Assembly (NCBI GenBank): GCA_964016885.1
Contig: OZ024761.1
Span: forward strand, 12,896,001 to 12,960,000
From: Eledone cirrhosa
Taxonomy: Eukaryota
DNA: 64,000 bases
Direction of reading: 5' to 3'
Positions 12,914 to 27,013 of the stretch are shown here, piece by piece; the stretch's first letter is position 1, and each line of letters starts with the position of its first letter. The translations under genes were made by a program, and so were the position numbers. The notes below the pieces were generated by a model, which saw nothing but the letters and a program-made list of their open reading frames with translations, ran no database searches and was not told the origin of the DNA.

Positions 12914-14720
12914 CCCTTTAGCATTTACATTACTCTATATATACTATTGTATTTTAATGGTGAAGGCTTAACCTCACATAATATCTCACAACATTTACAT
13001 TACTCTATAGATACTATTGTATTGTCACAGTAAAGGCTTTACCTCACATAATATCTCACATAGCATTTACATTACTCTATATATACTGTTATATTTTCAC
13101 AGTAAAGGCTTTACCTCACATAATATCTCACATAGCATTTACATTACTCTATATATACTGTTATATTTTCACAGTAAAGGCTTTACCTCACATAATATCT
13201 CACATAACATTTACATTACTCTATATATACTGTTATATTTTCACAGTAAAGGCTTTACCTCACATAATATCTCACATAACATTTACATTACTCTATATTT
13301 ACTATTGTATTGTCACAGTAAAGGCTTTACCTCACATAATATCTCGCATAACATTTACATTACTCTATATATACTGTTATATTTTCACAGTAAAGGCTTT
13401 ACCTCACATAATATCTCACATAACATTTACATTACTCTATATATACTGTTATATTTTAATGGTGAAGGCTTAACCTCACATAATATCTCACATAACATTT
13501 ACATTACTCTATAGATACTATTGTATTGTCACAGTAAAGGCTTTACCTCACATAATATCTCACATAGCATTTACATTACTCTATATATACTGTTATATTT
13601 TCACAGTAAAGGCTTTACCTCATATAATATCTCACATAGCATTTACATTACTCTATATATACTATTGTATTTTCACAGTAAAGGCTTTACCTCACATAAT
13701 ATCTCACATAGCATTTACATTACTCTATATGATACTATTGTATTTTCACAGTAAAGGCTTTACCTCACATAATATCTCACATAACATTTACATTACTCTA
13801 TATATACTATTGTATTGTCACAGTAAAGGCTTTACCTCACATAATATCTCACATAACATTTACATTACTCTATATATACTGTTATATTTTCACAGTAAAG
13901 GCTTTACCTCACATAATATCTCACATAACATTTACATTACTCTATATATACTGTTATATTTTCACAGTAAAGGCTTTACCTCACATAATATCTCACATAA
14001 CATTTACATTACTCTATATTTACTATTGTATTGTCACAGTAAAGGCTTTACCTCACATAATATCTCGCATAACATTTACATTACTCTATATATACTGTTA
14101 TATTTTCACAGTAAAGGCTTTACCTCACATAATATCTCACATAACATTTACATTACTCTATATATACTATTGTATTGTCACAGTAAAGGCTTTACCTCAC
14201 ATAATATCTCACATAACATTTACATTACTCTATATATACTATTGTATTTTCACAGTAAAGGCTTTACCTCACATAATATCTCACATAACATTTACATTAC
14301 TCTATATTTACTATTGTATTTTCACAGTAAAGGCTTTACCTCACATAATATCTCACATAACATTTACATTACTCTATATATACTATTGTATTTTCACAGT
14401 AAAGGCTTTACCTCACATAATATCTCGCATAACATTCACATTACTCTATATATACTATTCTATTTTCACAGTAAAGGCTTTACCTCACATAATATCTCAC
14501 ATAACATTCACATTACTCTATATATACTATTGTATTTTCACAGTAAAGGCTTTACCTTACATAATATCTCGCATAACATTTACATTACTCTATATATACT
14601 ATTGTATTTTCACAGTAAAGGCTTTACCTTACATAATATCTCACATAACATTTACATTACTCTATATATACTGTTGTATTTTCACAATAGTATATATATA
14701 GTAATGTAAATGCTAAAGGG
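12914..14720. mobile_element. piggyBac-like MITE expanded by about 24 copies of a 72-bp internal unit
   Basis: TTAA-CCCTTTAGCATTTACATTAC ... GTAATGTAAATGCTAAAGGG-TTAA. The unit gives the 'HSKGFTSHNISHNIYITLYILLY' pseudo-ORFs. Confidence 0.85.
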
Positions 14721-15136
14721 TTAATACAGAGACGTAACAGTCGAATAGTGCTGCTTATGTAGACTATATTACACTTGTTACATTCTAGCCTGTATACTAC
14801 GTAGGTACGTAGGCAATGATTAGTGTTGCAGATAGGGCAATTGGTTAGGGAGCATCTGTTATCCTTGCAGGGGGGGGGGGGGGGGTTGTCTTGTGGATAG
14901 GCTTCTTTGCAGGGAAGGTCCAGAGTGAGCTAGTTTGATATTGAGGCCCTCTCTCCTGATGGTTTTGCCTATGGTGTTGGTGGTATATATATATATATAT
15001 GAAAAGGTTATATTTAATTTGTTGGAATTCAACAAACTTAAAAGTTTTATAACTGATATAAAGCACTCAACAGCGTACCTCCAACTGTCAAGGTTCTTCT
15101 TCTGCGGGTATGTCAACATTTATAAAACAAATTTTG

Positions 15137-15201
15137 TATTTTATCTGATGAAAGCGCACCAAAATTTGCCTTGGTGCCCTTGAAATATATATAATTAAAT
15201 A
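15137..15201 (+). ncRNA. Type I hammerhead ribozyme motif (family A)
   Basis: tattttat-CTGATGA-stem II (aag/gcaccaa..ttggtgc/ctt)-GAAA-tatata-TA-attaaata. Confidence 0.65.
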
Positions 15202-15239
15202 ATTATGGGTTTATAAATATAGTTTCCATTTATTAATAT

Positions 15240-15279
<40 letters not shown>

Positions 15280-15283
<4 letters not shown>

Positions 15284-15408
15284 GAACGTGTAGGACCCCG
15301 ACGGCTGAGCTCAAGCCGTTTCGACGGCTAATTCTGGACTAAAATTTAGTCCAGAATTAGCCGTCGAAATGGCTTGAGCTCAGCCGTCGGGGTCCTACTC
15401 GTTCCTAT
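15280..15408. repeat. Near-perfect about 130-bp palindrome (fold-back repeat)
   Basis: Arms taggaacg..ctggactaaa / tttagtccag..cgttccta. Confidence 0.9.
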
Positions 15409-15830
15409 TACCCACTCTACTACCCTAAGTATTGAGTACTTTGGTGCGTTATGGTCCATCTGGTTCCTTACCACATTTCCTTCGTTATATATATATATAT
15501 ATATATATATATAGCTGTAGAAAACCCGCCAGACAGTCCTATACGAGAAAGACAACCGATCTTGCTTCAAGTGGGACAATTCCGGTCTAAACCCATGCTA
15601 GCGGAGAAGATAGACGTTAAACGATGATGATGATGATATATATTAGAAAGTGAACACAATATATAACTAATCCATTACCAAAGGTTTCAGGACCCTAGAC
15701 AATATTAATATATGTTATATATTGTGTTGTTCACTTTCTAATTAAATTTCTCTGTTCTAAACAAAGAGCACTCTTTTTTCCTTTGCCTTTTCTTCGGAAT
15801 TACCTAACACATATCTATATATATATATAT

Positions 15831-16161
15831 GGAGGCACATGGCTTAGTGGTTAGAGCATTGGCCTTGCAATCAAAAGGTTGTGAGTTCAATTCTCAGACC
15901 GGGTGATGTGTTGTTTCCTTGAGCAAGATACTTTATTTCACATTGCTCCAGTTTACTCAGCTGTAGAAATGAGATGATAGGGACTGGGGTCCCTATCATT
16001 CCACTGCAAAGTGGTCGTGGAGGTGCCACGGCAAAAAAGCACCCAGCACTCACTGTAAATGAGGTTGGTGTTAGGAAGGGCATCCAGCTGTAGAAATCAA
16101 GCCAGAATCAGTTCCCGTCCCACCCTTGCAAGCAGGGAAAAGCGGACGTAAAATGAAATGA
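15831..16161 (+). mobile_element. tRNA-derived SINE, full length
   Basis: Near-identical to 11435-11774. Confidence 0.85.
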
Positions 16162-16411
16162 TATATATATATATATATAAATACATAAAACAAATAAAGA
16201 TAATAGAAATAAGTTTCTATGGAGTTTCTGACAATTGTTTCAGTAGAAGGCTCTTTCTCAAACACATAACTAGGCAAAGGCCCAAGGTCAACAATTTTGG
16301 GGAAGGGGAAGTTTATTAAATCGACCCAGAGTGTTGCTGGTACTTTATTTTATTGATCCCCTCCCCTATCCATAAGGATGAGAAGCAAAGCTGACCTAAT
16401 GATTCTGTAAA

Positions 16412-16600
16412 CTACAGAAGAAATGGTAGTCTGAAGGAGCAAGCTCTGGAATAAAGCAGATGAGCAATTTTCTTCCAGCCAAGTTCCTTGATCTTCTGTG
16501 ATGTGATCTTTGTAGTGTGGGGTCGTACATTGTCTTGATGAAACAACACTCCTTTTCGATTCACTGCTCTTTTTTTCTTCAAAGCAGTCTTCAAACTCTC
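16412..16600 (-). pseudogene. mariner transposase fragment
   Basis: 'GVLFHQDNVRPHT...KELGWKKIAHLLYS' matches the mariner HDNARPH...HPPYS catalytic-region motif. Confidence 0.8.
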
Positions 16601-16672
16601 TCTCAATCTCTCTCTCTCTCTCTTTATATATATATATATATATATATAGACAGAGAGAGAGGTGTATATGAA

Positions 16673-16712
<40 letters not shown>

Positions 16713-16801
16713 AGGTGTGTCAGAAAAGTTCCAGGACTGATGTCACAAAAGATTTATTTCAAACCCAAACTTCACACTAAGAGTTTTCTTCACACTAAGA
16801 G

Positions 16802-17820
16802 TCATCATCATCATCATCATCATCATCAACGTTTAACGTCCGTGTTCCACGCTTGCATGGGTTTGGACGGGGGTAGTCCCACTTGAGGCAAGAGTGATTG
16901 TCTTGCTCGCATAGGACTGTCTGGCAGGTTTTCTACAGTTGGATGCCCTTCCTAACACCAACCACATTTACAGTGTGGGTCTGGGAGGTTTTTACCGTGT
17001 TGCCTACACGGCCACATTACAGCGTGGACTGTGTGTTTTTTTGTCGTGACACCTACACGATCTCATTTGTTTCGGCCTCGATGGCGCGGCACCAACATAA
17101 CTTTACATAGAACGGGGTGGTGTGGATCGGGTGGGGGTGGTGGTGGTGGGACGGGGTGTTTTTTGTTAGAGATGCCTACTGGCTGGAGTAGGTTTTACTA
17201 TATATTTAGGTAAGGCGGGTCTTCTCTGTTACTGAGTACCGCCAAAGGTCTCGGTCCAGTGACATTGTCTTGGAGAGGTGTAAGTGTGTGATGTCGGAGT
17301 TTATCAGCTCGTCCCAGGTTTTTCTAGGTCTGCCTATTCCGTGACTACCGTCTATCTTTATTGCCCTGCACTTTGTTATACAGCTATCGACTTTCATGCG
17401 CATCACGTGTCCATACCAACGTAGCCTTCTCTCGAGTAAACAACATCTGATCCCTCTTATCTCTAATTTTTTCCTTAGTTCGTTTATGCTTTGCCGTTCA
17501 CGTATATTACTGTTACACATCCAGCGGAGCATGCAAGCTTCATTCCTCTCTAGTCTGCGTATATCCTCTGCACACAATGCCCAGGTCTCACTGCCATGCA
17601 GCATTGCTGTTCGTATGCAGGCATCGTACAACCTGCCTTTCATTTTTAGTGAGAACCCTTTAGCAGCTAATAGTGGTATAAGCTCTCTGAACTTTTTCCA
17701 ACCAGTTCTGACTCTAGCTACAGTACTTTCGGAGCACCCTCCCCCACTGCTGATTTTATCGCCCAGGTAACGGAAGCTGTCCACTATTTCTATAGAACCC
17801 TCTGCGCAATTGAAAGAGCT
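16802..17820 (-). mobile_element. RTE-clade LINE, 5'-truncated (RT thumb/C-terminus, 3'UTR, (GAT)n tail)
   Basis: 'VDSFRYLGDKIS..ARVRTGWKKFREL..MLHGSETW..LRWYGHVMRM..GRPRKTW'; stop at 17206-17208. Confidence 0.92.
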
Positions 17821-17984
17821 AGTAGAGTATATATATATATACATATATATATATACACACATGTATATATATATATATATATACATGTGTATACATATGT
17901 ATATATATATATGTATATCCAAGGAAAACTTCAACCGTCAAGGTATGTTCCTTGGCTATGTCAAAATTTAGAAAACACACTTTG

Positions 17985-18046
17985 TATTTTATCTGATGAA
18001 AGCGTACCAAAGTTTTTGGTACCCTTGAAATATATATAATAGAATA
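17985..18046 (+). ncRNA. Type I hammerhead ribozyme motif (family A)
   Basis: Stem I tattttat/atagaata; CTGATGA 17993-17999; stem II aag-gtaccaaa/tttggtac-ctt; GAAA 18027-18030; palindromic stem III; AUA cleavage triplet. Confidence 0.75.
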
Positions 18047-18072
18047 AATATGGTTTTATAAATATAGTTATC

Positions 18073-18107
<35 letters not shown>

Positions 18108-18110
<3 letters not shown>

Positions 18111-18350
18111 CTCGAGAGTGACACAGGGGAGACTGAGGTTAGCTGGACATGCTCACCGACATCCAGAGTCGACACTGCACTCAGTGCTCCTGTGGGAGCC
18201 CCTGCATGGACACACCGAGGTTAACATATGTTGCTGTCCTAAGGACAGACACTGGTTTCTTGGAGATGCAGGACATGGCAGCAATAATGAGGGACAGAGA
18301 CCGCTGGAGAGAACTTGTCCATGGACCTCGGGAATTTTACCCACCCTAGA
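18108..18350 (+). mobile_element. RTE/RTE-X-like LINE 3' fragment
   Basis: 'RLRLAGHAHRHPE..LLWEPLHG..MRDRDRWRELV'; same family as 29168-30076. Confidence 0.7.
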
Positions 18351-18806
18351 CATATATCAGAGAGTTGTAGTTTGCTTGTAGCATTGTTGAATAGGAAATA
18401 TAAATTTAAATAATTTTAAAAGCCATACAATGCATTAGGAAATTAAAATTGCCAACATAATGATAGAACCTTAGCTTAGCAAATTTAATTATCGTAAATA
18501 TTTTCGGGTTTAAAAACCTATTATTAGGAGAGTATCCCTGCGAAGATCTTCAAACATCGGTTGGAGATGAGTTGTTGTTAGGGTGGCAGATTTAAATGTA
18601 TATTATACATTTATATACAATAAAAATATAGGCAGCCTCCTGTGTGTATTGTTTGTATGTACATGTATGTTTGTATATAAATGTGTTTACTTTATGTATG
18701 TATAAGTATGTGTATATATATATATCTGAGTTTAATGTTTGGGTGGGTATGTATGTGTATATATATCTGTGTTTAATGTTTGTGTATGTATGTATGCTAT
18801 TGTGTG

Positions 18807-18845
<39 letters not shown>

Positions 18846-19002
18846 TCTATCGTGTGTGTGCTATTGCGTATATTTATACAGGTGTGTGTGTACATATGTA
18901 TATGCTTGCTAATGTGTGTGTGTGTATGTATATATATATATATATGTGTAGTCCCACCCTTGCAAGCAGGGAAAAGCGGACGTAAAATGATGATGATGAT
19001 GA

Positions 19003-19049
<47 letters not shown>

Positions 19050-19193
19050 GTGTGTGTGTGTGTGAGTATATGTGATGCTGTATAAAATTGACCGTTATAT
19101 TCTAGAATTATTGCTAAAGTATTTCAATATTTATTGGTAGGAAGATGCTAAAGTTGATGTAAGTATCCTTGCATGTTTCCTTTCTTTACCTCT

Positions 19194-20560
19194 TTCTACA
19201 TCTGTCTGTCTGTCTACATCTGTCTGTCTGTCTACATCTGTCTGTCTGTCTACATCTGTCTGTCTACATCTGTCTGTCTGTCTACATCTGTCTGTCTGTC
19301 TACATCTGTCTGTCTACATCTGTCTGTCTGTCTACATCTGTCTGTCTGTCTACATCTGTCTGTCTACATCTGTCTGTCTACATCTGTCTGTCTACATCTG
19401 TCTGTCTATGTCTGTCTGTCTGTCTATATCTGTCTGTCTGTCTACATATGTCTGTCTGTCTACATCTGTCTGTCTATGTCTGTCTGTCTGTCTATATCTG
19501 TCTGTCTGTCTACATCTGTCTGTCTGTCTACATCTGTCTGTCTACACCTGTCTGTCTACATCTGTCTGTCTATGTCTGTCTGTCTGTCTATATCTGTCTG
19601 TCTGTCTACATCTGTCTGTCTGTCTACATCTGTCTGTCTACACCTGTCTGTCTACATCTGTCTGTCTATGTCTGTCTGTCTGTCTATATCTGTCTGTCTG
19701 TCTATAGCTGTCTGTCTGTCTATATCTGTCTGTCTATATCTGTCTGTCTACATCTGTCTGTCTATGTCTGTCTGTCTACATCTGTCTGTCTACATCTGTC
19801 TGTCTATGTCTGTCTGTCTGTCTATATCTGTCTGTCTGTCTACATCTGTCTCTGTCTACATCTGTCTGTCTGTCTACATCTGTCTGTCTGTCTACATCTG
19901 TCTGTCTACATCAGTCTGTCTATGTCTGTCTGTCTGTCTATATCTGTCTGTCTGTCTACATCTGTCTGTCTGTCTATATCTGTCTGTCTACATCTGTCTG
20001 TCTACATCTGTCTGTCTGTCTGTCTGTCTATATCTGTCTGTCTGTCTACATCTGTCTGTCTATGTCTGTCTGTCTATATCTGTCTGTCTATATCTGTCTG
20101 TCTATATCTGTCTGTCTGTCTGTCTATATCTGTCTGTCTGTCTGTCTATATCTGTCTGTCTGTCTGTCTATATCTGTCTGTCTGTCTACATCTGTCTGTC
20201 TGTCTATATCTGTCTGTCTACATCTGTCTGTCTACATCTGTCTGTCTATGTCTGTCTGTCTGTCTGTCTATATCTGTCTGTCTATATCTGTCTGTCTGTC
20301 TGTCTGTCTATATCTGTCTGTCTGTCTGTCTCTCACTCCACCTCTATACATCTGCCTGTCTGTCTGTCTGTCTGTCTGTGTCTGTCTCTCTCACTCCACC
20401 TCTATATATCGGCCTGTCTGTCTGTCTGTCTGTCTGTGTCTGTCTGTCTGTCTCTCACTCCACCTCTATATATCTGTCTGTCTGTCTCTCACTCCACCTC
20501 TATATATCTGTCTGTCTGTCTCTCACTCTACCTCTATATATCTGTCTATGGCTATATATT
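19194..20560. repeat. (TCTG)n/(TCTA) compound microsatellite
   Basis: Direct inspection. Confidence 0.95.
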
Positions 20561-21066
20561 TGTCAGTCTGTCTATAGAGATATATATCTACATACACACA
20601 CATACATATCCATATATATACATACACACATATAAACACACACTGACACACACACATATATACAGTGATTGTGATGTCAAGTTAGTGTAGACACTCGATG
20701 TATAGTTTCCAGTAGGTATACGGGTGTTGTACTAGTAATAATTATAATAATAAAAAAGCTGACGTGTTAAATTTTCATTACATTTATTGAGGTGTGACGT
20801 CTATGGCTATATATTTGTACATACATATACATATATATATATTTGTACATATATATATATATATATATATATTTGTACATATATATATATATATATATTT
20901 GTACATATATATATATATATTTGTACATACATATATATATATATATTTGTACATATATATACATATATTTGTACATACGTATATATATATATATTTGTAC
21001 ATACATATATATATATATATTTGTACATATATATATATATATATATATATTTGTACATATATATAC

Positions 21067-21117
<51 letters not shown>

Positions 21118-21271
21118 AATACATATATATAAATACATATATATATACGAATATAGACATAGAATATTCGAAAATATTCTGTATGTTTATAATAAACATT
21201 TTGAAGACCTAATCGCTATAGAATAGAATACGTCACGTATTACAATTAGATTCTCGATAAAAGCAAGGGAA

Positions 21272-21314
21272 GTAATCTACGCGTTTCATTCTCGTTAGAA
21301 ATCATCAGGACTAC
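21272..21314 (-). ncRNA. Type I hammerhead ribozyme (310-bp unit); further copies at 21582-21624 and 21892-21934
   Basis: Reverse complement of gtagtc-CTGATGA-tttctaacgagaat-GAAA-cgcg-TA-gattac. Confidence 0.85.
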
Positions 21315-22088
21315 ATATCCAGTGCTTTTATCGAGAATGACACAGCTAGAGACTTATAGAATACTTAGCTGTGTACAGGAACTGGTTTGAAAGAGCGGTT
21401 GCCGGTCCGGCAGAAATTAGAAATTGGAATAAATGCTCTGAAATAGCGATATATATGTGAATATAGACATAGAATATTCGAAAATATTCTGTATGTTTAT
21501 AATAAACATTTTGAAGACCTAATCGCTATAGAATAGAATACGTCACGTATTACAATTAGATTCTCGATAAAAGCAAGGGAAGTAATCTACGCGTTTCATT
21601 CTCGTTAGAAATCATCAGGACTACATATCCAGTGCTTTTATCGAGAATGACACAGCTAGAGACTTATAGAATACTTAGCTGTGTACAGGAACTGGTTTGA
21701 AAGAGCGGTTGCCGGTCCGGCAGAAATTAGAAATTGGAATAAATGCTCTGAAATAGCGATATATATGTGAATATAGACATAGAATATTCGAAAATATTCT
21801 GTATGTTTATAATAAACATTTTGAAGACCTAATCGCTATAGAATAGAATACGTCACGTATTACAATTAGATTCTCGATAAAAGCAAGGGAAGTAATCTAC
21901 GCGTTTCATTCTCGTTAGAAATCATCAGGACTACATATCCAGTGCTTTTATCGAGAATGACACAGAGCATTTATTCCAATTTCTAATTTCTGCCGGACCG
22001 GCAACCGCTCTTTCAAACCAGTTCCTGTACACAGCTAAGTATTCTATAAGTCTCTAGCTGTGTCATTCTCGATAAAAGCACTGGATAT

Positions 22089-22131
22089 GTAGTCCTGATG
22101 ATTTCTAACGAGAATGAAACGCGTAGATTAC
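22089..22131 (+). ncRNA. Type I hammerhead ribozyme (310-bp unit); further copies at 22399-22441, 22709-22751 and 23019-23061
   Basis: Stem I gtagtc/gattac, extended by a perfect 16-bp attctcgataaaagca/tgcttttatcgagaat helix; stem II ttct/agaa; palindromic stem III acgcgt; GUA cleavage predicted after 22125. Confidence 0.88.
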
Positions 22132-23221
22132 TTCCCTTGCTTTTATCGAGAATCTAATTGTAATACGTGACGTATTCTATTCTATAGCGATTAGGTCTTC
22201 AAAATGTTTATTATAAACATACAGAATATTTTCGAATATTCTATGTCTATATTCACATATATATCGCTATTTCAGAGCATTTATTCCAATTTCTAATTTC
22301 TGCCGGACCGGCAACCGCTCTTTCAAACCAGTTCCTGTACACAGCTAAGTATTCTATAAGTCTCTAGCTGTGTCATTCTCGATAAAAGCACTGGATATGT
22401 AGTCCTGATGATTTCTAACGAGAATGAAACGCGTAGATTACTTCCCTTGCTTTTATCGAGAATCTAATTGTAATACGTGACGTATTCTATTCTATAGCGA
22501 TTAGGTCTTCAAAATGTTTATTATAAACATACAGAATATTTTCGAATATTCTATGTCTATATTCACATATATATCGCTATTTCAGAGCATTTATTCCAAT
22601 TTCTAATTTCTGCCGGACCGGCAACCGCTCTTTCAAACCAGTTCCTGTACACAGCTAAGTATTCTATAAGTCTCTAGCTGTGTCATTCTCGATAAAAGCA
22701 CTGGATATGTAGTCCTGATGATTTCTAACGAGAATGAAACGCGTAGATTACTTCCCTTGCTTTTATCGAGAATCTAATTGTAATACGTGACGTATTCTAT
22801 TCTATAGCGATTAGGTCTTCAAAATGTTTATTATAAACATACAGAATATTTTCGAATATTCTATGTCTATATTCACATATATATCGCTATTTCAGAGCAT
22901 TTATTCCAATTTCTAATTTCTGCCGGACCGGCAACCGCTCTTTCAAACCAGTTCCTGTACACAGCTAAGTATTCTATAAGTCTCTAGCTGTGTCATTCTC
23001 GATAAAAGCACTGGATATGTAGTCCTGATGATTTCTAACGAGAATGAAACGCGTAGATTACTTCCCTTGCTTTTATCGAGAATCTAATTGTAATACGTGA
23101 CGTATTCTATTCTATAGCGATTAGGTCTTCAAAATGTTTATTATAAACATACAGAATATTTTCGAATATTCTATGTCTATATTCACATATATATCGCTAT
23201 TTCAGAGCATTTATTCCAATT

Positions 23222-23981
<760 letters not shown>

Positions 23982-24427
23982 GGTAACAAATTATCGTTAT
24001 AGGTAGTCCACTTAAGTGTAGTCCAGTTAGGGAACTCCGGGCACCTTTTACATGTCAATGTTATACATCTGCCTCATGTCAGCTAGTCTTACACGCTAAA
24101 GTCGTAGATATACTCTACTTCCCACCTAGATTGATGTTGTGATTATTTCAAATAATGTATTGCTAGCATTGTTAGTATTGTTGTTATTGTTCTGATTGAA
24201 TGCCATTACTACTATATATAGTACGCATGCCTGTATATTCCTTTCATTCTCACAAGCTCCGATGAATTGACTGGTTATAACTTTGTATTGGTGATCGAAT
24301 GACGTGAAAACAATCGGGTAGCGATCGCTAGACCTACCAGTTTAGAGAAACAATTGTCAGCAATGAGATTAAAAACCTTTTATGTATAGCAAACCATGTC
24401 ACTCTTCTTTCCTGATTTATATCTATC

Positions 24428-24491
<64 letters not shown>

Positions 24492-24559
24492 TGTATATAT
24501 ATATATGTATATATGTATGTATATATATGTATATGTATATGTATATATGTATATATGTA

Positions 24560-24590
<31 letters not shown>

Positions 24591-24959
24591 ATATGTATGT
24601 ATATATGTATGTGTATATGTATGTATATATATATATGTATATGTATGTATATATATATATATATGTGTATATGTATGTATATATATATATATGTATATAT
24701 GTATGTATATATATATATGTATATATGTATGTATATATATATATGTATATATGTATGTATATATATATATGTATATATGTATGTATATATATATATGTAT
24801 ATATATATATGTATATATGTATGTATATATATATATGTATATATGTATGTATATATATATATGTATATATATATATGTATATATGTATATATATATATGT
24901 ATATATATATATGTATGTATATATGTATATATATGTATGTATGTATATATGTATGTATG

Positions 24960-25014
<55 letters not shown>

Positions 25015-25680
25015 GTATATATGTATGTATATATATACATACGCATGTATATCTGTATACACCCTCCCCCCTACACTCATATGTATGTCTGTTTAATTTC
25101 CTATGTTATTGTCACAAATATTAGAAAACCTAAGAAAATAGTTTATCGTGATTGTCTCCCTTCTATTACCATTACTTTCGTTTGTTTTATTTCTATACTT
25201 ATGTTGTTGACATAATCGGTGGAGCACCCAAAAAAATAATCTGTAGTGGTTTAGTTTGCTTTTTGTTCTGAGTTCAAATCCCACCCACAGTTCATATTGT
25301 CTTTTATCTCTCAAAGGAGAGCAGTGTTGAGAAAATAAGTACCAGTTTTGTACTGAGGGTTATTTGACTCAAATCCTTGCGACTTATTTTTGCAAGCTTT
25401 TTTTTTTTTTTTAAAAATGTTATTGCATTATTTTACCTGAAATGTCAGGCAATGGTAAAGAGACTTGTCCAAGAGGTCACGATATGGTAGAGAGACTTGT
25501 CCAAGATATAGAAATGACTTCTACAGAACTAGAGCTTTCATTCATTTGAAATCATCCGGAATGAAACAGTTCTAGCCCTGTAGAAGTCGTTTCTATATGT
25601 GCTAAGGATGCCTATATTCTACCAATGTATCAACTATCTTTTGTAGTTGTGGTTACCCCCTACACAACTCTGGAACTTAC

Positions 25681-25720
<40 letters not shown>

Positions 25721-25730
25721 AATATACAAC

Positions 25731-25763
<33 letters not shown>

Positions 25764-26053
25764 CATTTATTATATGAACAGATTAAAGTTTATGCAAAGA
25801 ATCTGTGTTTTCACTCTTTTACGGGCTCTTCTGAAACGGGTGTTATATATATATGTATATATATATATGTATATATATATGTATATATATATATATATAT
25901 ATATAATCCTTATCGAGACCTCTTCGGATTTTAGTCTTCACATTTATTATTACTATATATACACACATAACCAAGGATAATATACCTTAACAGTTCAAGT
26001 TACTTGAACTGTTAAGGTATATTATCCTTGTCAAATATTTATGAAACATTTTG

Positions 26054-26114
26054 TATTTTATCTGATGATAGCGTACTGAAATTTTGGTACCCTTGAAATA
26101 TATATAATAGAATA
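26054..26114 (+). ncRNA. Type I hammerhead ribozyme motif (family A, weakened stem II)
   Basis: tattttat-CTGATGA-tagcgtactgaaattttggtaccctt-GAAA-tatata-TA-atagaata. Confidence 0.65.
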
Positions 26115-26603
26115 AATATGGTTTTATAAATTATAGTTTCCATTTATTTAATATCATTGTATATTATACTCCAGAAAATCTGTTGAGTGCTCTGAATCAG
26201 TTATAAACATTTACATTTGTTGAATTGCCAACAAATTGAATATCATTTCTGCTTATATATACACACATATATTTATTCTTTTACTTACCTTTATGGTACA
26301 CCTGGATATAGTATTCCTATTATAAACCAGATATTACATATATATTAGGTAATTCCTCACATTTTGTCTCAAACTGTTCTGGTAAACCACACTATTTTGT
26401 TTATCTTGTTGCTTCAAGCATCCTTGGTACTTTGTCTTGCACTCCCTTTATGTAACCTATATACATCTCACCCTCTTTCACTATACTACTAAGTTAATTA
26501 ACTATTACTGTGATAATTAGTATTAATTAGTGTTGTTATTGTTGTTGTTTCAAATCACTCAACTAAACATGACATGTTGATTTTTATTCCAAATTTTATT
26601 TAA

Positions 26604-26886
26604 CCTTTTAGCATTTACATTACTCTAAATTTGAAGATATTTAAAAATTACTTGTGTATCTTTATTTAAATTTCATTTAAACCGACCATATCTGGCCAGA
26701 ATTCTCTCACTTCTTTCTGTTCAAACTGGCTGTAACCAGCTGCGCATACTGATGTTAAACTATTGTTCCTAAAATAAATAATATCAAAATCTCATAGATT
26801 CGATACTATATGAGATAATTATGTGAGGTAAAGCCTTTACTGTGAAAATATAACAGTAAATATAGAGTAATGTAAATGCTAAAGGG
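26604..26886. mobile_element. piggyBac-like MITE about 70 bp upstream of an ACAP exon
   Basis: TTAA-CCTTTTAGCATTTACATTACTCTA ... TAGAGTAATGTAAATGCTAAAGGG-TTAA. Confidence 0.75.
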
Positions 26887-26959
26887 TTAATTCATATTAA
26901 TACACAGGCGAAATAAATCACAATATAAAAATTCTTTGCTTTATTTTATCTTTTACCAG

Positions 26960-27013
26960 AAATCCTTAACCCGTTTTGCTGATGCAATGACAGAAGTAAT
27001 GAAATATTTTTCA
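26960..27013 (+). CDS. ACAP2: ACAP BAR exon: KSLTRFADAMTEVMKYFS
   Basis: ttttaccag acceptor, gtaagt donor, 54 nt, phase 0-0. Resembles ACAP2 'TSLTKFSDSLQEMINFHT'. Confidence 0.9.

Noticed and set aside
13017-14709. Long ORFs of HSKGFTSHNISHNIYITL repeats
   Set aside because: 72-bp tandem unit inside a TTAA-flanked MITE.
16709-16790. mariner-like TIR (TA caaggtgtgtcagaaaagttcc)
   Set aside because: No partner TIR found, and its orientation does not fit the adjacent minus-strand transposase fragment, so no complete element is called.
24255-24325. ccgatga...gaaa motif; also ttgataa...gaaa at about 60510-60570
   Set aside because: Core mismatches and no stem I; cannot be distinguished from chance.
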